A stretch of DNA of 64,000 bases from Bacteroidaceae bacterium (GCA_963624045.1 CAVFNI010000007.1:21935-85934); one strand, 5' to 3'; numbered from the stretch's first letter, positions 31,329-41,508 are shown. Notes: generated by a model from the letters alone, not told the origin. A program made the numbers and translations.

Positions 31329-31925
31329 ATGAAAATTAACATCTTAGATGGAATAGGAACAACTGCCATTATCATTATCGTGGTGGTTGCCGTCGTCCTC
31401 ATCCTAATTGCCTCCGTCATCGGCTGGTGGATTGCTACCGGCAACGCCTTAAGGCGTGAAGTCGTCAAATGCGACGAAAGCGCTTCGGGAATCGATGTCG
31501 CTTTGACTAAACGCTTCGATTTGCTCACCAAATCGGTGGCCGTCGTCAAAGGCGTCGCCAAGCATGAGCAAGAAACCTTGACCAACGTCATCGCCATGCG
31601 CCGCCCGGCTTCTGACGCTTCGATGAAAGAGAAGGCGGAATTCGCCACTTCGATGACCAAGGCCTTCGATAGCATCAACATCGTCGCGGAGAAATATCCG
31701 GAAATCAAAGCCAATGCCAACTTCACCCAACTTCAAAACCAAATTTCTGAAGTCGAAGAGCAACTTCAAGCTTCCCGCCGCGTCTATAACAGCAACGTTT
31801 CGATCTATAACCAAGACATCGTTGTCTTCCCTAAGAGCATCGTGGCCAATCATTTGCGTTTGACTCGCCGCGATTTCTTCGAAGCTGAGGAAAGCAAGCG
31901 GAAAGACGTCGAAATCAATTTCTAA
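31329..31925 (+). CDS. lemA: LemA family protein
   Basis: N-terminal TM segment, then RREVVKCDESASGIDVALTKRFDLL...YPEIKANANFTQLQNQISEVEEQLQASRRVYN. Confidence 0.85.
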   Translation: MKINILDGIGTTAIIIIVVVAVVLILIASVIGWWIATGNALRREVVKCDESASGIDVALTKRFDLLTKSVAVVKGVAKHEQETLTNVIAMRRPASDASMKEKAEFATSMTKAFDSINIVAEKYPEIKANANFTQLQNQISEVEEQLQASRRVYNSNVSIYNQDIVVFPKSIVANHLRLTRRDFFEAEESKRKDVEINF

Positions 31926-31937
31926 ATTAATTAATTG

Positions 31938-31961
31938 GGCCGCGATTTGCGGCCTTATTTT
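31938..31961 (+). terminator. Rho-independent terminator or attenuator after lemA
   Basis: Stem GGCCGC, loop GATTT, stem GCGGCC, followed by TTATTTT. Confidence 0.65.
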
Positions 31962-31979
31962 AATTTCGGAGGATAAAAT

Positions 31980-32927
31980 ATGGACGCTAAAATTTTCAAA
32001 GACATCATTGGCAAAAGTGAAATTCTGCGCTTAGAAGCCAAACGGGCTTTTACGATTCTTTTAGCCATCGGCGTGCCGCTTCTTTGCGTTGGCTTAGGCA
32101 TTACGGTTTTTTCTCTTTTCCATTTTGGAGAGGACGATGGTCCTTATAATATCTTGCTTTTTATTTTCCTTTTCGTGACACTCATCGGTTTAATTTTGGT
32201 TATCGTGGCCGTGGCCAAGAAAAATAAATACCAAAAGAACGTCCTTGCCCTTATCGAAGCGAGCGTTGATAAAGAATTATATACCAACGTCAAGAAGAAC
32301 CGTTCCGCCGGCTTTCCCCTCAAAATGCTTCTAGAACCTGGCTTCTTTGCTTCCCCCGACCGATATAATGCTTCCAATTATATGTCGGCCGCTTACGGGG
32401 ACGTCCGTTTCGAAAGGGCGGATTTCGATTTGCAAAGGCGGGAAGAGACGAGGGATTCTAAAGGCAATGTGCAAGTGAATTACGTTTCCTATGCCAAGGG
32501 AAGGATGTTCCATATTACCTTTGAGAGGGAATTCCATCAAAGGATGATGGTGGTGGAGAAGAGCTTCTTAGGCACGCCCAAAGGCAAAGGCTTAGAGAAG
32601 GTTGAGACTGAATTCTTGGAATTCAATAAGAAATTCGCCGTTTATTCGAGCGATCAGCAATTCGTCTTCTATGTTTTGACTCCGCAAATACAAGAAAAAT
32701 TCCTGGAATTGGAAAAGAAAAATTCCGGCAAATTCTATTACGCCGTCATAAATAACGAAATATATCTCGCTTTGGCCAATAACGGCTCTTACCCGGTTCC
32801 TCCCCTTAACGAACCGCTTAGCGAAGGACGGGCAATGGTTTTGGCTGAGCAATTCACGATGCCGGCTATAATCATTGAGACTCTTGGCATAGCCAAGAAC
32901 AAATTCAAAACCAACGCCGGCGTCTAA
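31980..32927 (+). CDS. Membrane protein, probably DUF3137 family (a frequent LemA neighbour)
   Basis: Two N-terminal TM segments and a C-terminal domain with GDVRFERADFDL...YAKGRMFHITFEREF...KKFAVYSSDQ...LTPQIQEKFLEL. The family assignment is from memory only. Confidence 0.5.
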   Translation: MDAKIFKDIIGKSEILRLEAKRAFTILLAIGVPLLCVGLGITVFSLFHFGEDDGPYNILLFIFLFVTLIGLILVIVAVAKKNKYQKNVLALIEASVDKELYTNVKKNRSAGFPLKMLLEPGFFASPDRYNASNYMSAAYGDVRFERADFDLQRREETRDSKGNVQVNYVSYAKGRMFHITFEREFHQRMMVVEKSFLGTPKGKGLEKVETEFLEFNKKFAVYSSDQQFVFYVLTPQIQEKFLELEKKNSGKFYYAVINNEIYLALANNGSYPVPPLNEPLSEGRAMVLAEQFTMPAIIIETLGIAKNKFKTNAGV

Positions 32928-32940
32928 AAAATGGTTAATG

Positions 32941-32985
32941 GCGTCTAACCAATTCTTTCCTTAGATGGTTAGGCGCTTTTTTCTT
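32941..32985 (+). terminator. Rho-independent terminator
   Basis: An 11-bp stem GCGTCTAACCA/TGGTTAGGCGC (one wobble pair) followed by TTTTTTCTTTT. Confidence 0.7.
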
Positions 32986-33084
32986 TTATAACCGATAAAG
33001 GATTACCGAATTACCTAAATAGGTTGTTCTCAACGAAAAAAATTAAGTTTACAATGCACACGTTGATGCAGTAGGAGGGTCTTT

Positions 33085-33570
33085 ATGCCCATTAAGCCTG
33101 AGGCGAAAGCCGAAATTATTTCCTTAATTGCCCAATACAAAGGCGAAACGAGTCCTTTGATGGTTATTTTGGAAGCCATTCAGAAAAAATACGGATACAT
33201 TCCTCTCGACGTCCAAGAACTGGTCGCCAAGGAACTTGATGTCCCTTTTAGCGAAGTCTATGGGGTTGTCACGTTCTACAATTTCTTTTCGTTAAACCCC
33301 AAAGGCAAATACGTGATTGGCGTTTGCTTAGGCACCGCCTGTTATGTAAAGAACGCCCAACTCGTTCTTGATAAGGTGGAAGAGCTTCTTCATATCAAGC
33401 CCGGGGAAACGACGGAAGATGGTTTGTTCACGATTGAAGCGCTCCGTTGCATCGGAGCCTGCGCCTTAGCGCCAGCCATGTCGATCAACGGCAAGGTCTA
33501 TGGTCAAGTGAAGCCGGAGCAAATCGAAGGTATTTTAAACGGATATCGTCATGAGGAGGGACTTCTATAA
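33085..33570 (+). CDS. hydC: [FeFe]-hydrogenase complex subunit, NuoE-like 2Fe-2S protein (HydC/HndA type)
   Basis: Thioredoxin-like 2Fe-2S motifs GVCLGTACYV and LRCIGACALAP. It is the first gene of the hyd operon. Confidence 0.8.
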   Translation: MPIKPEAKAEIISLIAQYKGETSPLMVILEAIQKKYGYIPLDVQELVAKELDVPFSEVYGVVTFYNFFSLNPKGKYVIGVCLGTACYVKNAQLVLDKVEELLHIKPGETTEDGLFTIEALRCIGACALAPAMSINGKVYGQVKPEQIEGILNGYRHEEGLL

Positions 33571-33572
33571 TT

Positions 33573-35447
33573 ATGGAAAAGATAGCTGATGTCGCATCAT
33601 TACTAGCTCGAATTGAGAAAGATAGCGATAAATTCCAAAAGAAACTCTCTGGATATGGCAATAAACGCGTAATCGCCGTTTGCGGTGGCACGGGTTGCTT
33701 AGCTAATGGCAGCGACGAATTAGTCAAGGCGATCAATGAGCAAATCGAGGAACACCATCTCGAAGATTCCGTGAGTGTTAACCACGTCGGTTGCTTCGGC
33801 TTTTGCTCGCAAGGCCCCTTCGTTAAAATCTATCCCGAAGAGACCTTGTATCGTTTGGTCAAGATCGATGACATTAAGAAGATTTTTGACGAAGATATCT
33901 TGGGTGGCAAAATTTGCGAGGATTTGCTTTATGTTGATCCCGTCACCCATGAGAAGGTGGCCAGACAAGAAGATATCAATTTCTATAAGAAGCAACTTCG
34001 CATTTCTTTGCACGGCTGTAGCATCATCGATCCCGAGAATATCGATGAGGCCTTTGGCTATGATGGTTTTAAGGCCTTAGCGAAGGTCTTGACAGAAATG
34101 AAGCCGCAAGATGTCATTGACGAGATCCTAAAAAGCGGTCTCCGTGGCCGTGGTGGTGCTGGCTTCCCAACTGGGAGAAAGTGGCAATTTGCTGCTGCCG
34201 TCTCTTCGCCGACGAAATATATCGTTTGTAACGGCGACGAAGGCGATCCAGGCGCCTTCATGGATCGCTCGATTTTGGAAGGCAACCCCTTTGAGGTTAT
34301 CGAAGGCATGATGATCGCTGGCTATGCCTTTGGAGCGAATGAAGGTTATTTCTATGTTCGCGCCGAATATCCTGTAGCCGTCGGACGCCTAAAGAAGGCG
34401 ATTGCCGAAATGGAAGAAGTGGGCTTATTAGGCGAACATATCCTAGGAACAGATTTCTCTTTCAAAGTCCACCTTCGCGAAGGGGCTGGCGCTTTCGTGT
34501 GCGGTGAAGAAACGGCGTTACTTGCTTCCATCGAAGGCAAGCGCGGTATGCCTCGCCCCCGTCCTCCCTTCCCCGCCGTCAGCGGTTTATATGGCAAACC
34601 AACCTGCGTCAATAACGTTGAAACTTTGGCACAAGTTCCATATATCATCCGCGTTGGCGCAGAGAAATACGCCGAAGTCGGCACTTCTGGCAGCAAAGGC
34701 ACGAAAGTCTTCGCTTTAGGCGGCAAAATCAATAACGTCGGCTTGGTCGAGGTTCCGATGGGAACGACTTTGCGCACTTTGATTTACGATATTGGCGGCG
34801 GCATCCCGCATGACAAGAAATTTAAAGCCATTCAAACGGGTGGTCCTAGCGGCGGATGTTTGACCGAAGAGGATTTGGATACGCCGATTGATTATGAAAC
34901 CCTAACCGAACGCGGTTCGATGATGGGGTCAGGAGGCGCCATCGTCATGGACGAAGATAACTGCATGGTTGATGTTGCCCAATTCTATATGGATTTCATT
35001 TGCAGTGAGAGCTGTGGCAAATGCACGCCGTGCCGCATTGGCACCAAGCGCCTTTATGAAATGCTTTCGAGCATCACTCAGGGCAAGGGCACGCCGCAGA
35101 CGTTAGAGGATATGAAATCCTTGGCCGAAGTCATTAAAAACGGCAGTTTGTGTGCCTTAGGGCAAACGGCAGCCAACCCCATTCTTTCGACGATGAAGAA
35201 ATTCCCAGAAGAATATCGGGCTCACGTTGAAGACAAGACTTGTCCCGCCCACGTTTGTAAGCGCCTTATCCGTTACCATATCATTCCTGAAAAATGCAAA
35301 AAGTGTTCAAAATGCGCGCGGAATTGTCCAGTGGGATGCATTTCGGGCGTCCCAGGCAAGACCCCTTATGTCATCGATGAGTCGAAATGTATTAAGTGCG
35401 GAGCGTGTATGGCTGGATGTTTCTTCCACGCCATCGAGAAGATTTAA
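33573..35447 (+). CDS. hydB: [FeFe]-hydrogenase complex subunit, NuoF-like FMN/NAD(P)H-binding flavoprotein (HydB/HndC type)
   Basis: An N-terminal 2Fe-2S domain (CGGTGCLANG...GCFGFCSQGP), the FMN site GLRGRGGAGFPTGRKW, SCGKCTPCR, and C-terminal 2x[4Fe-4S] motifs (CKKCSKCARNCP and CIKCGACMAGC). Confidence 0.85.
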   Translation: MEKIADVASLLARIEKDSDKFQKKLSGYGNKRVIAVCGGTGCLANGSDELVKAINEQIEEHHLEDSVSVNHVGCFGFCSQGPFVKIYPEETLYRLVKIDDIKKIFDEDILGGKICEDLLYVDPVTHEKVARQEDINFYKKQLRISLHGCSIIDPENIDEAFGYDGFKALAKVLTEMKPQDVIDEILKSGLRGRGGAGFPTGRKWQFAAAVSSPTKYIVCNGDEGDPGAFMDRSILEGNPFEVIEGMMIAGYAFGANEGYFYVRAEYPVAVGRLKKAIAEMEEVGLLGEHILGTDFSFKVHLREGAGAFVCGEETALLASIEGKRGMPRPRPPFPAVSGLYGKPTCVNNVETLAQVPYIIRVGAEKYAEVGTSGSKGTKVFALGGKINNVGLVEVPMGTTLRTLIYDIGGGIPHDKKFKAIQTGGPSGGCLTEEDLDTPIDYETLTERGSMMGSGGAIVMDEDNCMVDVAQFYMDFICSESCGKCTPCRIGTKRLYEMLSSITQGKGTPQTLEDMKSLAEVIKNGSLCALGQTAANPILSTMKKFPEEYRAHVEDKTCPAHVCKRLIRYHIIPEKCKKCSKCARNCPVGCISGVPGKTPYVIDESKCIKCGACMAGCFFHAIEKI

Positions 35448-35458
35448 GGAGAAAGAAG

Positions 35459-37264
35459 ATGGCAACCGTGAAAATAAAAATCGAAGGCAAAAGCTACGAA
35501 GTGGATTCTTCCTTGACGGTCTTAGATGCCGCTAGGGCGTGCGGATATCGCATCCCGACTTTATGCAATTGGCGCCATGGACAAAATAGTTTTGGCTCTT
35601 GCCGTGTTTGTTTGGTGGAAATAAAAAGTCCTAGGGGTGGTAGACTCTTTGCTAGTTGCACTTATCCCGTTTCCGAATGCCCTGAAGAAAAGGGGTTTGA
35701 AATCCTTATTTCCAGCCCGAAAGCCGTCAAGGCGAGAAGGACTTCCGTTGAGCTTCTCCTTTCCAACCATTCCTTCAATTGCCAAGCTTGCGTGAAAAAC
35801 GGCGAATGCGAACTTTTATCCGTCAGCAAGCGCGTGGGTGTCGATAGCTCCCGTTATATCGGGGCCAAAACGCCTTCGACGATTGATCGCGTGTCTCCCG
35901 GCATTATCCGCGATACCTCCAAATGCATTCTTTGCGGCCGTTGCATCAATCGTTGTTTAGAAGCCACCGGCATCGGTGTGCTAGGCTTTATCGGTCGTGG
36001 ATTTAACACCTGCGTTGGGCCGGTTGGCAATGGCAGTTTTGCCACGAGTCCTTGCATTCAGTGCGGGCAGTGTATCAACGTTTGCCCTACGGGCGCTTTA
36101 AGTGAAAAGCGCGAGATCGAAGAGGTCGATAAAGCGAAAGCGGCCGGCAAATACATCGTAGCGCAAGTTGCTCCGGCCGTTAGAGCAGCCATTTCCGAGG
36201 AATTCGGACACAAGATCGGCGAAGAAAACGGCGAAAAGAAATTGATCGCTGCCCTTCACCGCTTGGGATTCGACCGCGTATTTGATGTGAATTTCGGAGC
36301 CGATTTGACGATCGTTGAGGAATCCGCCGAGCTTTTGCGGAGAATTTCGAAAAACGAAGGCCCGCTTCCACAAATTACCTCTTGCTCACCAGGTTGGATT
36401 AATTATCTCGAATATTTCTATCCTGAGCTTATTCCTAACGTCAGCACTTGCAAGTCTCCGCACGAGATGCAAGGCGCTATCACGAAGAGCTATTTTGCTA
36501 AGGCGCATGGTTTGAAACCTGAAGACATATACGTGGTCTCCATCATGCCTTGCACCGCTAAAAAAGGCGAGAAGCTCCGCAAAGCCAATGCCGTTGATGG
36601 AATACCTGACGTCGATGCCGTTCTTACGACGCGTGAACTAGCTGTCATGATCAAGCGCAGCGGCATCATGTGGGACGAACTCCCGACTAACGAAACCTGG
36701 GACCAGGATCTATTAGGCGAATATACGGGCGCTGCGGTCATCTTTGGCGTTACGGGCGGGGTTATGGAAGCCGCCCTTCGGACGGCCTATCACACCCTTA
36801 CGGGCGAAGAATACAAACAAATTGACTTTACGGCTGTGCGCGGCTTAGAAGGCGTGAAGGAAGCTAGCATCGACATCAACGGACAAACCATCCGCGTGGC
36901 GGTGGCTAGCGGCACTAAAAACGCCAAACCTCTTTTGGATGAGATTAAGGCGGGCAAATCGCCATATGCCTTCATCGAGATCATGGGTTGCCCTGGCGGA
37001 TGCATCAATGGCGGTGGACAACCTTTCGTGAAACCGAGCTTATTGGACCACGAAAAGGCGGATATTTTGGACACCTATCGACAAAAGAGAGCCAAGATTT
37101 TATACGACATCGACAAAGATGCGCCAATTAGGCAATCGCATAATAACCCTGACGTCATTAAACTTTATCGTGATTTCCTAGGCGAAGTCGGCGGCGAAAA
37201 AGCTGAGCACTTGCTTCATACGAATTATGACGCTTCGCGCAAGCAATACCCAGATTTGGATTAA
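35459..37264 (+). CDS. hydA: [FeFe]-hydrogenase catalytic subunit, M3 architecture (2Fe-2S, His-ligated 4Fe-4S, 2x4Fe-4S, H-domain)
   Basis: H-cluster motifs are TSCSPGW (variant of TSCCPxW), MPCTAKKGE and EIMGCPGGCINGGGQP. The N-terminal ferredoxin domains are CNWRHGQNSFGSCRVC, HSFNCQACVKNGEC, CILCGRCINRC and CIQCGQCINVCP. The ATG at 35459 follows an AAGGAG SD. Confidence 0.9.
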   Translation: MATVKIKIEGKSYEVDSSLTVLDAARACGYRIPTLCNWRHGQNSFGSCRVCLVEIKSPRGGRLFASCTYPVSECPEEKGFEILISSPKAVKARRTSVELLLSNHSFNCQACVKNGECELLSVSKRVGVDSSRYIGAKTPSTIDRVSPGIIRDTSKCILCGRCINRCLEATGIGVLGFIGRGFNTCVGPVGNGSFATSPCIQCGQCINVCPTGALSEKREIEEVDKAKAAGKYIVAQVAPAVRAAISEEFGHKIGEENGEKKLIAALHRLGFDRVFDVNFGADLTIVEESAELLRRISKNEGPLPQITSCSPGWINYLEYFYPELIPNVSTCKSPHEMQGAITKSYFAKAHGLKPEDIYVVSIMPCTAKKGEKLRKANAVDGIPDVDAVLTTRELAVMIKRSGIMWDELPTNETWDQDLLGEYTGAAVIFGVTGGVMEAALRTAYHTLTGEEYKQIDFTAVRGLEGVKEASIDINGQTIRVAVASGTKNAKPLLDEIKAGKSPYAFIEIMGCPGGCINGGGQPFVKPSLLDHEKADILDTYRQKRAKILYDIDKDAPIRQSHNNPDVIKLYRDFLGEVGGEKAEHLLHTNYDASRKQYPDLD

Positions 37265-37297
37265 TATAGGCATCTACATGCGATAGAATAAGCGCAT

Positions 37298-37960
37298 ATG
37301 ATGCAAAATGTCATTTTTGATTTAGACGGCACCCTCTTAGATACGCTTGAGGACATTCAAGACGCCATCAACGACGCTTTGAAGGCCGGCGGCTTTCCTT
37401 ATCGTTATTCTAGATACGAATGCCGTCTTTTAATTGGAAACGGCGCCGATTCTTTGGTGCATCGCGCTTTAAAGGACTATGATAACGAGGATAATTTTCT
37501 TCGTTTGAAGAAGGAATATATGCCCCGTTATCGGGATTATCAGAATCGTCACACGAAGCCTTTCGATGGCATTAAGGCCGTTTTAAAGGAACTTCGGGAT
37601 GATGGAATGTCCCTTTTTGTTTGCACTAATAAGCCGGACGCTTTAGCGCAAAGCGTCGTCAAAAGAACTTTTGATGAAGAATTGTTTACGGGCATCCGTG
37701 GCCTTAAGGAAGGCGAAGAGCCTAAGCCCAACCCGGCCATCGTCAATCATTTCATTGAAATGTATGGCTTAAATCGTCACGAAACCATCTTTGTCGGCGA
37801 TAGCGTCACCGACTTGCTTACGGCGAGGGCGGCTGCCCTTCCTGTGGCTATTGTCTTATGGGGATATGGTCGTTACGATAAGGATTGGATGAAAAACGCT
37901 GAAATCATCTTAAAGGAACCTAAGGAAATATCGAGGATTCGTGATTATGCCGCTTTTTAG
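37298..37960 (+). CDS. HAD-superfamily hydrolase (phosphoglycolate phosphatase-like)
   Basis: Motifs VIFDLDGTLLDT, CTNKP and FVGDSVTDLLTA. Confidence 0.75.
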   Translation: MMQNVIFDLDGTLLDTLEDIQDAINDALKAGGFPYRYSRYECRLLIGNGADSLVHRALKDYDNEDNFLRLKKEYMPRYRDYQNRHTKPFDGIKAVLKELRDDGMSLFVCTNKPDALAQSVVKRTFDEELFTGIRGLKEGEEPKPNPAIVNHFIEMYGLNRHETIFVGDSVTDLLTARAAALPVAIVLWGYGRYDKDWMKNAEIILKEPKEISRIRDYAAF

Positions 37961-38837
37961 TAAACACATCAAAAAAGAAAACAAGCCAATCCCCATCTTT
38001 TTAGTCGTTTCCTTTTGCTTGTTGGCCTTGAGCTTGCTTTTCCTTCTTTGCTTCAATCAAAGCGAATACATGATGACGGGGGAGACCGATTATCTGGTTA
38101 AGACAATCGCCTTCTTTGCGGGCATTACCCTTTCGACCTTCGCGGATTTCGCCGTTTATTTTCTTCTTCCAAAAGACGAAAAGCGTAAATTGATTCTTTT
38201 ATTTGTCCCCGCAGTTTTGGAATTCGTTTTCTTGGTGGTGGGAGTTTATTCCTACTTGTCCGTTTATAACGAAACGGTCAATTCTATTCGTTTGCCTCGT
38301 TACGTTACGATTGTTTTCGTTTTCCTTTTATGGGGAATCGGCTTATTTAGCCGCACGCCCTTTTATGAAGAAAAATCGAAAAATCAAGAAAACAGCGCAA
38401 ATCCCTATCGTTTTCTTCCATATATGCCGTTTTTGTTAGCGATGATCGTTGCTGCGATGTTTCCCTTTTGCGTCTTTTTGACGATGGAAGTGCCTTTATC
38501 GCATTATGTTTTTGTCATGTTGCTTCTTGTTTTGGCTTGCTTAGTCATCACCTTCATTTTGACGACGGCGTTATTAAGCAAAACGGAGAAAGCCTCTAAA
38601 GCGTTATCTACCATCTTAAAAGTGGTGGTCGTTGATATCTTGTTTGCCATCGCAGCCGTCATCGCCTGCGTCATTGCTTATGATGCTAAAGCGGGCATTG
38701 CCTTTCGTTCTTTGTATTGGTTAGTGGCCTCTCTTTTGGCGGTTACTATATTTGGCGCTTTAATGTGCGTGAACATATATTGGAATATCCATCCAGAAAA
38801 GATGCCGGTGTTGGAGGATGAGCAACAAGGCGAATAG
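37947..38837 (+). CDS. Polytopic membrane protein, unknown function
   Basis: Hydrophobic ORF. The ATG at 37947 has a GAGGA SD; the track start at 37941 is a GTG. Confidence 0.5.
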   Translation: MPLFSKHIKKENKPIPIFLVVSFCLLALSLLFLLCFNQSEYMMTGETDYLVKTIAFFAGITLSTFADFAVYFLLPKDEKRKLILLFVPAVLEFVFLVVGVYSYLSVYNETVNSIRLPRYVTIVFVFLLWGIGLFSRTPFYEEKSKNQENSANPYRFLPYMPFLLAMIVAAMFPFCVFLTMEVPLSHYVFVMLLLVLACLVITFILTTALLSKTEKASKALSTILKVVVVDILFAIAAVIACVIAYDAKAGIAFRSLYWLVASLLAVTIFGALMCVNIYWNIHPEKMPVLEDEQQGE

Positions 38838-38954
38838 ACAACCATGGCTTCCGCCTATAGTTTGGCCGCCTTGTAGATTATTTGGCAGTTCGAAAGATAC
38901 TAGCATTATCAAATTCATAAATTTGTCATAAAGACAGGGAGGAGAAGTAAAGAA

Positions 38955-39296
38955 ATGGCAGTTAAAGGAAGAGCGAGCGACATTCGCGATGTCAGCGCGA
39001 AAGAACGCCTTAAGATCTTCGGAAAACTTACTTACGGCATTTTTTGTGCAGTCAACGCACTCTTGGCCGCCGGAACTATTTTTTGCGTGATTTATGGGAT
39101 GGTCACTAGAGAATATTTCTTCTTTTTGGCGTTAATGGCCGCTCTGGTGACGTTCTTTTTCATTTATTATGGCTACGTTGCCATTTTGACGCGCATAGAT
39201 CATTTTGAAGCCACTGAACTTATATTGGAGGAACTTCAGCAAAGGAAAAGCGACGAGAACAGCTCATCGCCTGACATAAATGTATCTAAAACGTAG
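38955..39296 (+). CDS. Small membrane protein (2 TM), unknown function
   Basis: GGGAGGAG SD upstream, two hydrophobic segments and an acidic C-terminus. Confidence 0.45.
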   Translation: MAVKGRASDIRDVSAKERLKIFGKLTYGIFCAVNALLAAGTIFCVIYGMVTREYFFFLALMAALVTFFFIYYGYVAILTRIDHFEATELILEELQQRKSDENSSSPDINVSKT

Positions 39297-39374
39297 AATG
39301 CTAATTTGCGTTTTTAATAATTTGCGCATCGATCCAAGCCCGCTTCCCATAATTCTTGATAGGCGTGTAAAATA

Positions 39375-40727
39375 ATGACCATGGCACATGAAATTCGTTT
39401 TTTTAATTCTCTTGGCTCTCATAAGGAACTCTTTAAGCCGCTTATCCCTGGAGAGGTTAGCATCTATTGTTGCGGGCCTACCGTTTATAACGATCCGCAT
39501 ATCGGCAATTTCCGCCCCGTGGTCGTTTTCGATGTTTTGCGTCGCTTCTTAATAGAGGAAGGATATGAGGTGACGTTTGTTAGCAATTATACCGATGTGG
39601 ACGACAAAATAATCAAAAGAGCTCATGAACTTGGCATCGATGAGAAGACCTTGACGGATGGCGTTATCGCGGAATATCGCCGTTTGGTTGATGAGGTTGG
39701 ATCATTGCAACCCGACGTCACTCCTCGTCCAACCGTTTACATGCAGCAGATTATTGATTATGTGGCTGCATTGGTGAATAAGGGTTACGCCTATCAAAAA
39801 GGTGGCGATGTTTATTTGCGTGTCCGTTCTATCCCAGGATACGGTTCGTTGAGCGGCAATTCCGTTGAATCCCTCGAAAGCGGGGCCCGCATTGCCGTTG
39901 ATGATAAGAAAGAAGATCCGTTGGATTTCGCTTTATGGAAGACGACGACGGAAGGCATCCGTTGGTCGAGTCCCTGGGGTGAAGGGCGCCCTGGCTGGCA
40001 TACGGAATGCTGCGTCATGATCGATAGCATTTTCTCCAAGCAACATGGATTAATCGACATTCATGGCGGCGGTTTTGATCTTAAATTCCCTCATCACGAA
40101 AACGAAATGGCCCAAGCATGGGCGCATAACGGAAATAAATTGGCGAATTATTGGATGCATAACGGATTCATCAATATCAACAACGAGAAAATGTCCAAAT
40201 CCTTAGGCAATGTGGTTTTGATGAAAGACGTGGTGGAAAGATATGGCGGTTTGCCCTTCCGTTTAATGATTCTCGCCTCCTATTACCGTTCCCCCGTTTC
40301 TTTTAGCGAGGACACCATTCATGAAGCTAGCGTTAAGAAGGAGCAATTAGAAACGACTTTCCGCAAGGCTTCGATCGCCCTTTTAAGGGCCGGACTCGAT
40401 CCTTATGCTCCTGCTAGAGCAAACGAAGCTTTCCTTAGCGCTTTAGCCGATGATTTGAATACGCCGAATGCCTTGATGGCTCTTTATGATGATCAAAAGA
40501 AAGTCAACGCGGCATTGCGACAAAAGCCGTTTGTGCCAGCTGAAACGCTTTCTGTTTTCCTACCATTCAGGAAAGAATTGGAGGTCCTTGGTTTAGGTTT
40601 CGAAAAAGTGGTGCTCACCGAAGAAGACAAAAAGCTTCTCACCGATTATGACGATGCTAGAGCCAAGAAGGATTTTGCCTTAAGCGATTCCCTTCGTCAG
40701 GAATTGATAAAAAAGAAATTGTTTTAA
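39375..40727 (+). CDS. cysS: Cysteine--tRNA ligase
   Basis: Motifs CGPTVYNDPHIGN (HIGH), KMSKSLGN and GWHTECC. Confidence 0.95.
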   Translation: MTMAHEIRFFNSLGSHKELFKPLIPGEVSIYCCGPTVYNDPHIGNFRPVVVFDVLRRFLIEEGYEVTFVSNYTDVDDKIIKRAHELGIDEKTLTDGVIAEYRRLVDEVGSLQPDVTPRPTVYMQQIIDYVAALVNKGYAYQKGGDVYLRVRSIPGYGSLSGNSVESLESGARIAVDDKKEDPLDFALWKTTTEGIRWSSPWGEGRPGWHTECCVMIDSIFSKQHGLIDIHGGGFDLKFPHHENEMAQAWAHNGNKLANYWMHNGFININNEKMSKSLGNVVLMKDVVERYGGLPFRLMILASYYRSPVSFSEDTIHEASVKKEQLETTFRKASIALLRAGLDPYAPARANEAFLSALADDLNTPNALMALYDDQKKVNAALRQKPFVPAETLSVFLPFRKELEVLGLGFEKVVLTEEDKKLLTDYDDARAKKDFALSDSLRQELIKKKLF

Positions 40728-40780
40728 CAATGATGAAGAAATGTTGACCATACTTGTTATTTAAGAAGGATTGTTTTAGT

Positions 40781-41500
40781 ATGAATGTGCAGATATTTGG
40801 CAAGAACGCCGTGAAAGCGGCAATTGTTGGTAAACAAGCCAAAGTGGTTTATCTAACGGCCAAACATTCGCAAGGCGATATTGCTCGATTAGCTCGTGAG
40901 CAGGGTGTATTGGTGAAGGTCGTTTCCGATAACGAATTAACCCGTATTGCTTCTCATTCTAATCATCAGGGCTATGTGGCAAATATCGATCAGATTCGTC
41001 TTTATTCCGTCGATGAGCTTATTGTGGCTTCGGGGCCCCGGCCATATCCGACCATCTTGCTTCTAGACGGTATTGAAGATCCGCAAAACTTTGGAGCGAT
41101 ATTACGGAGCGCGGATGCTTTCGGGGTCGACGGCGTTATTGTCAAAAAACATGGCGAAGTGCCTTTGAATGGGACCGTTGCTAAAGTCTCTACTGGCGCA
41201 ATGTACCATGTGAAAGTCGCTGTCGTTCCTAACTTAACGCAGGCTATAACCAAGCTTCAGAAGGCAGGCTTTTGGATCGTCTCCAGTGCCGATCGAGGCG
41301 CTTCTTCCTATCTCGATATTGACTACAAATGCCCGATTGGATTAGTGGTTGGTAACGAAGGATATGGAATTAGCCGTCTTGTTCTTGAGCACAGCGATTT
41401 CGTCGTCAAAATTCCTATGAGAGGACACGTGGAATGTCTTAACGCTTCGGTAGCTACGGGCGTTTTGCTTTCTCATATCGTGGCCTCAAGAGAAAGATAA
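40781..41500 (+). CDS. rlmB: 23S rRNA (guanosine-2'-O)-methyltransferase, TrmH/SpoU family (RlmB/YacO-like)
   Basis: Motifs LLLDGIEDPQNFGAILRSADAFG, LVVGNEGYGIS and ECLNASVATGVLL. Its position after cysS matches Bacillus. I prefer the ATG at 40781. Confidence 0.85.
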   Translation: MNVQIFGKNAVKAAIVGKQAKVVYLTAKHSQGDIARLAREQGVLVKVVSDNELTRIASHSNHQGYVANIDQIRLYSVDELIVASGPRPYPTILLLDGIEDPQNFGAILRSADAFGVDGVIVKKHGEVPLNGTVAKVSTGAMYHVKVAVVPNLTQAITKLQKAGFWIVSSADRGASSYLDIDYKCPIGLVVGNEGYGISRLVLEHSDFVVKIPMRGHVECLNASVATGVLLSHIVASRER

Positions 41501-41508
41501 TTAAAACA

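Noticed and set aside
39297-39374. T-box riboswitch upstream of cysS.
   Set aside because: Only ~78 nt of intergenic sequence is available, far too short for a T-box leader. I saw no specifier-loop or T-box motif.
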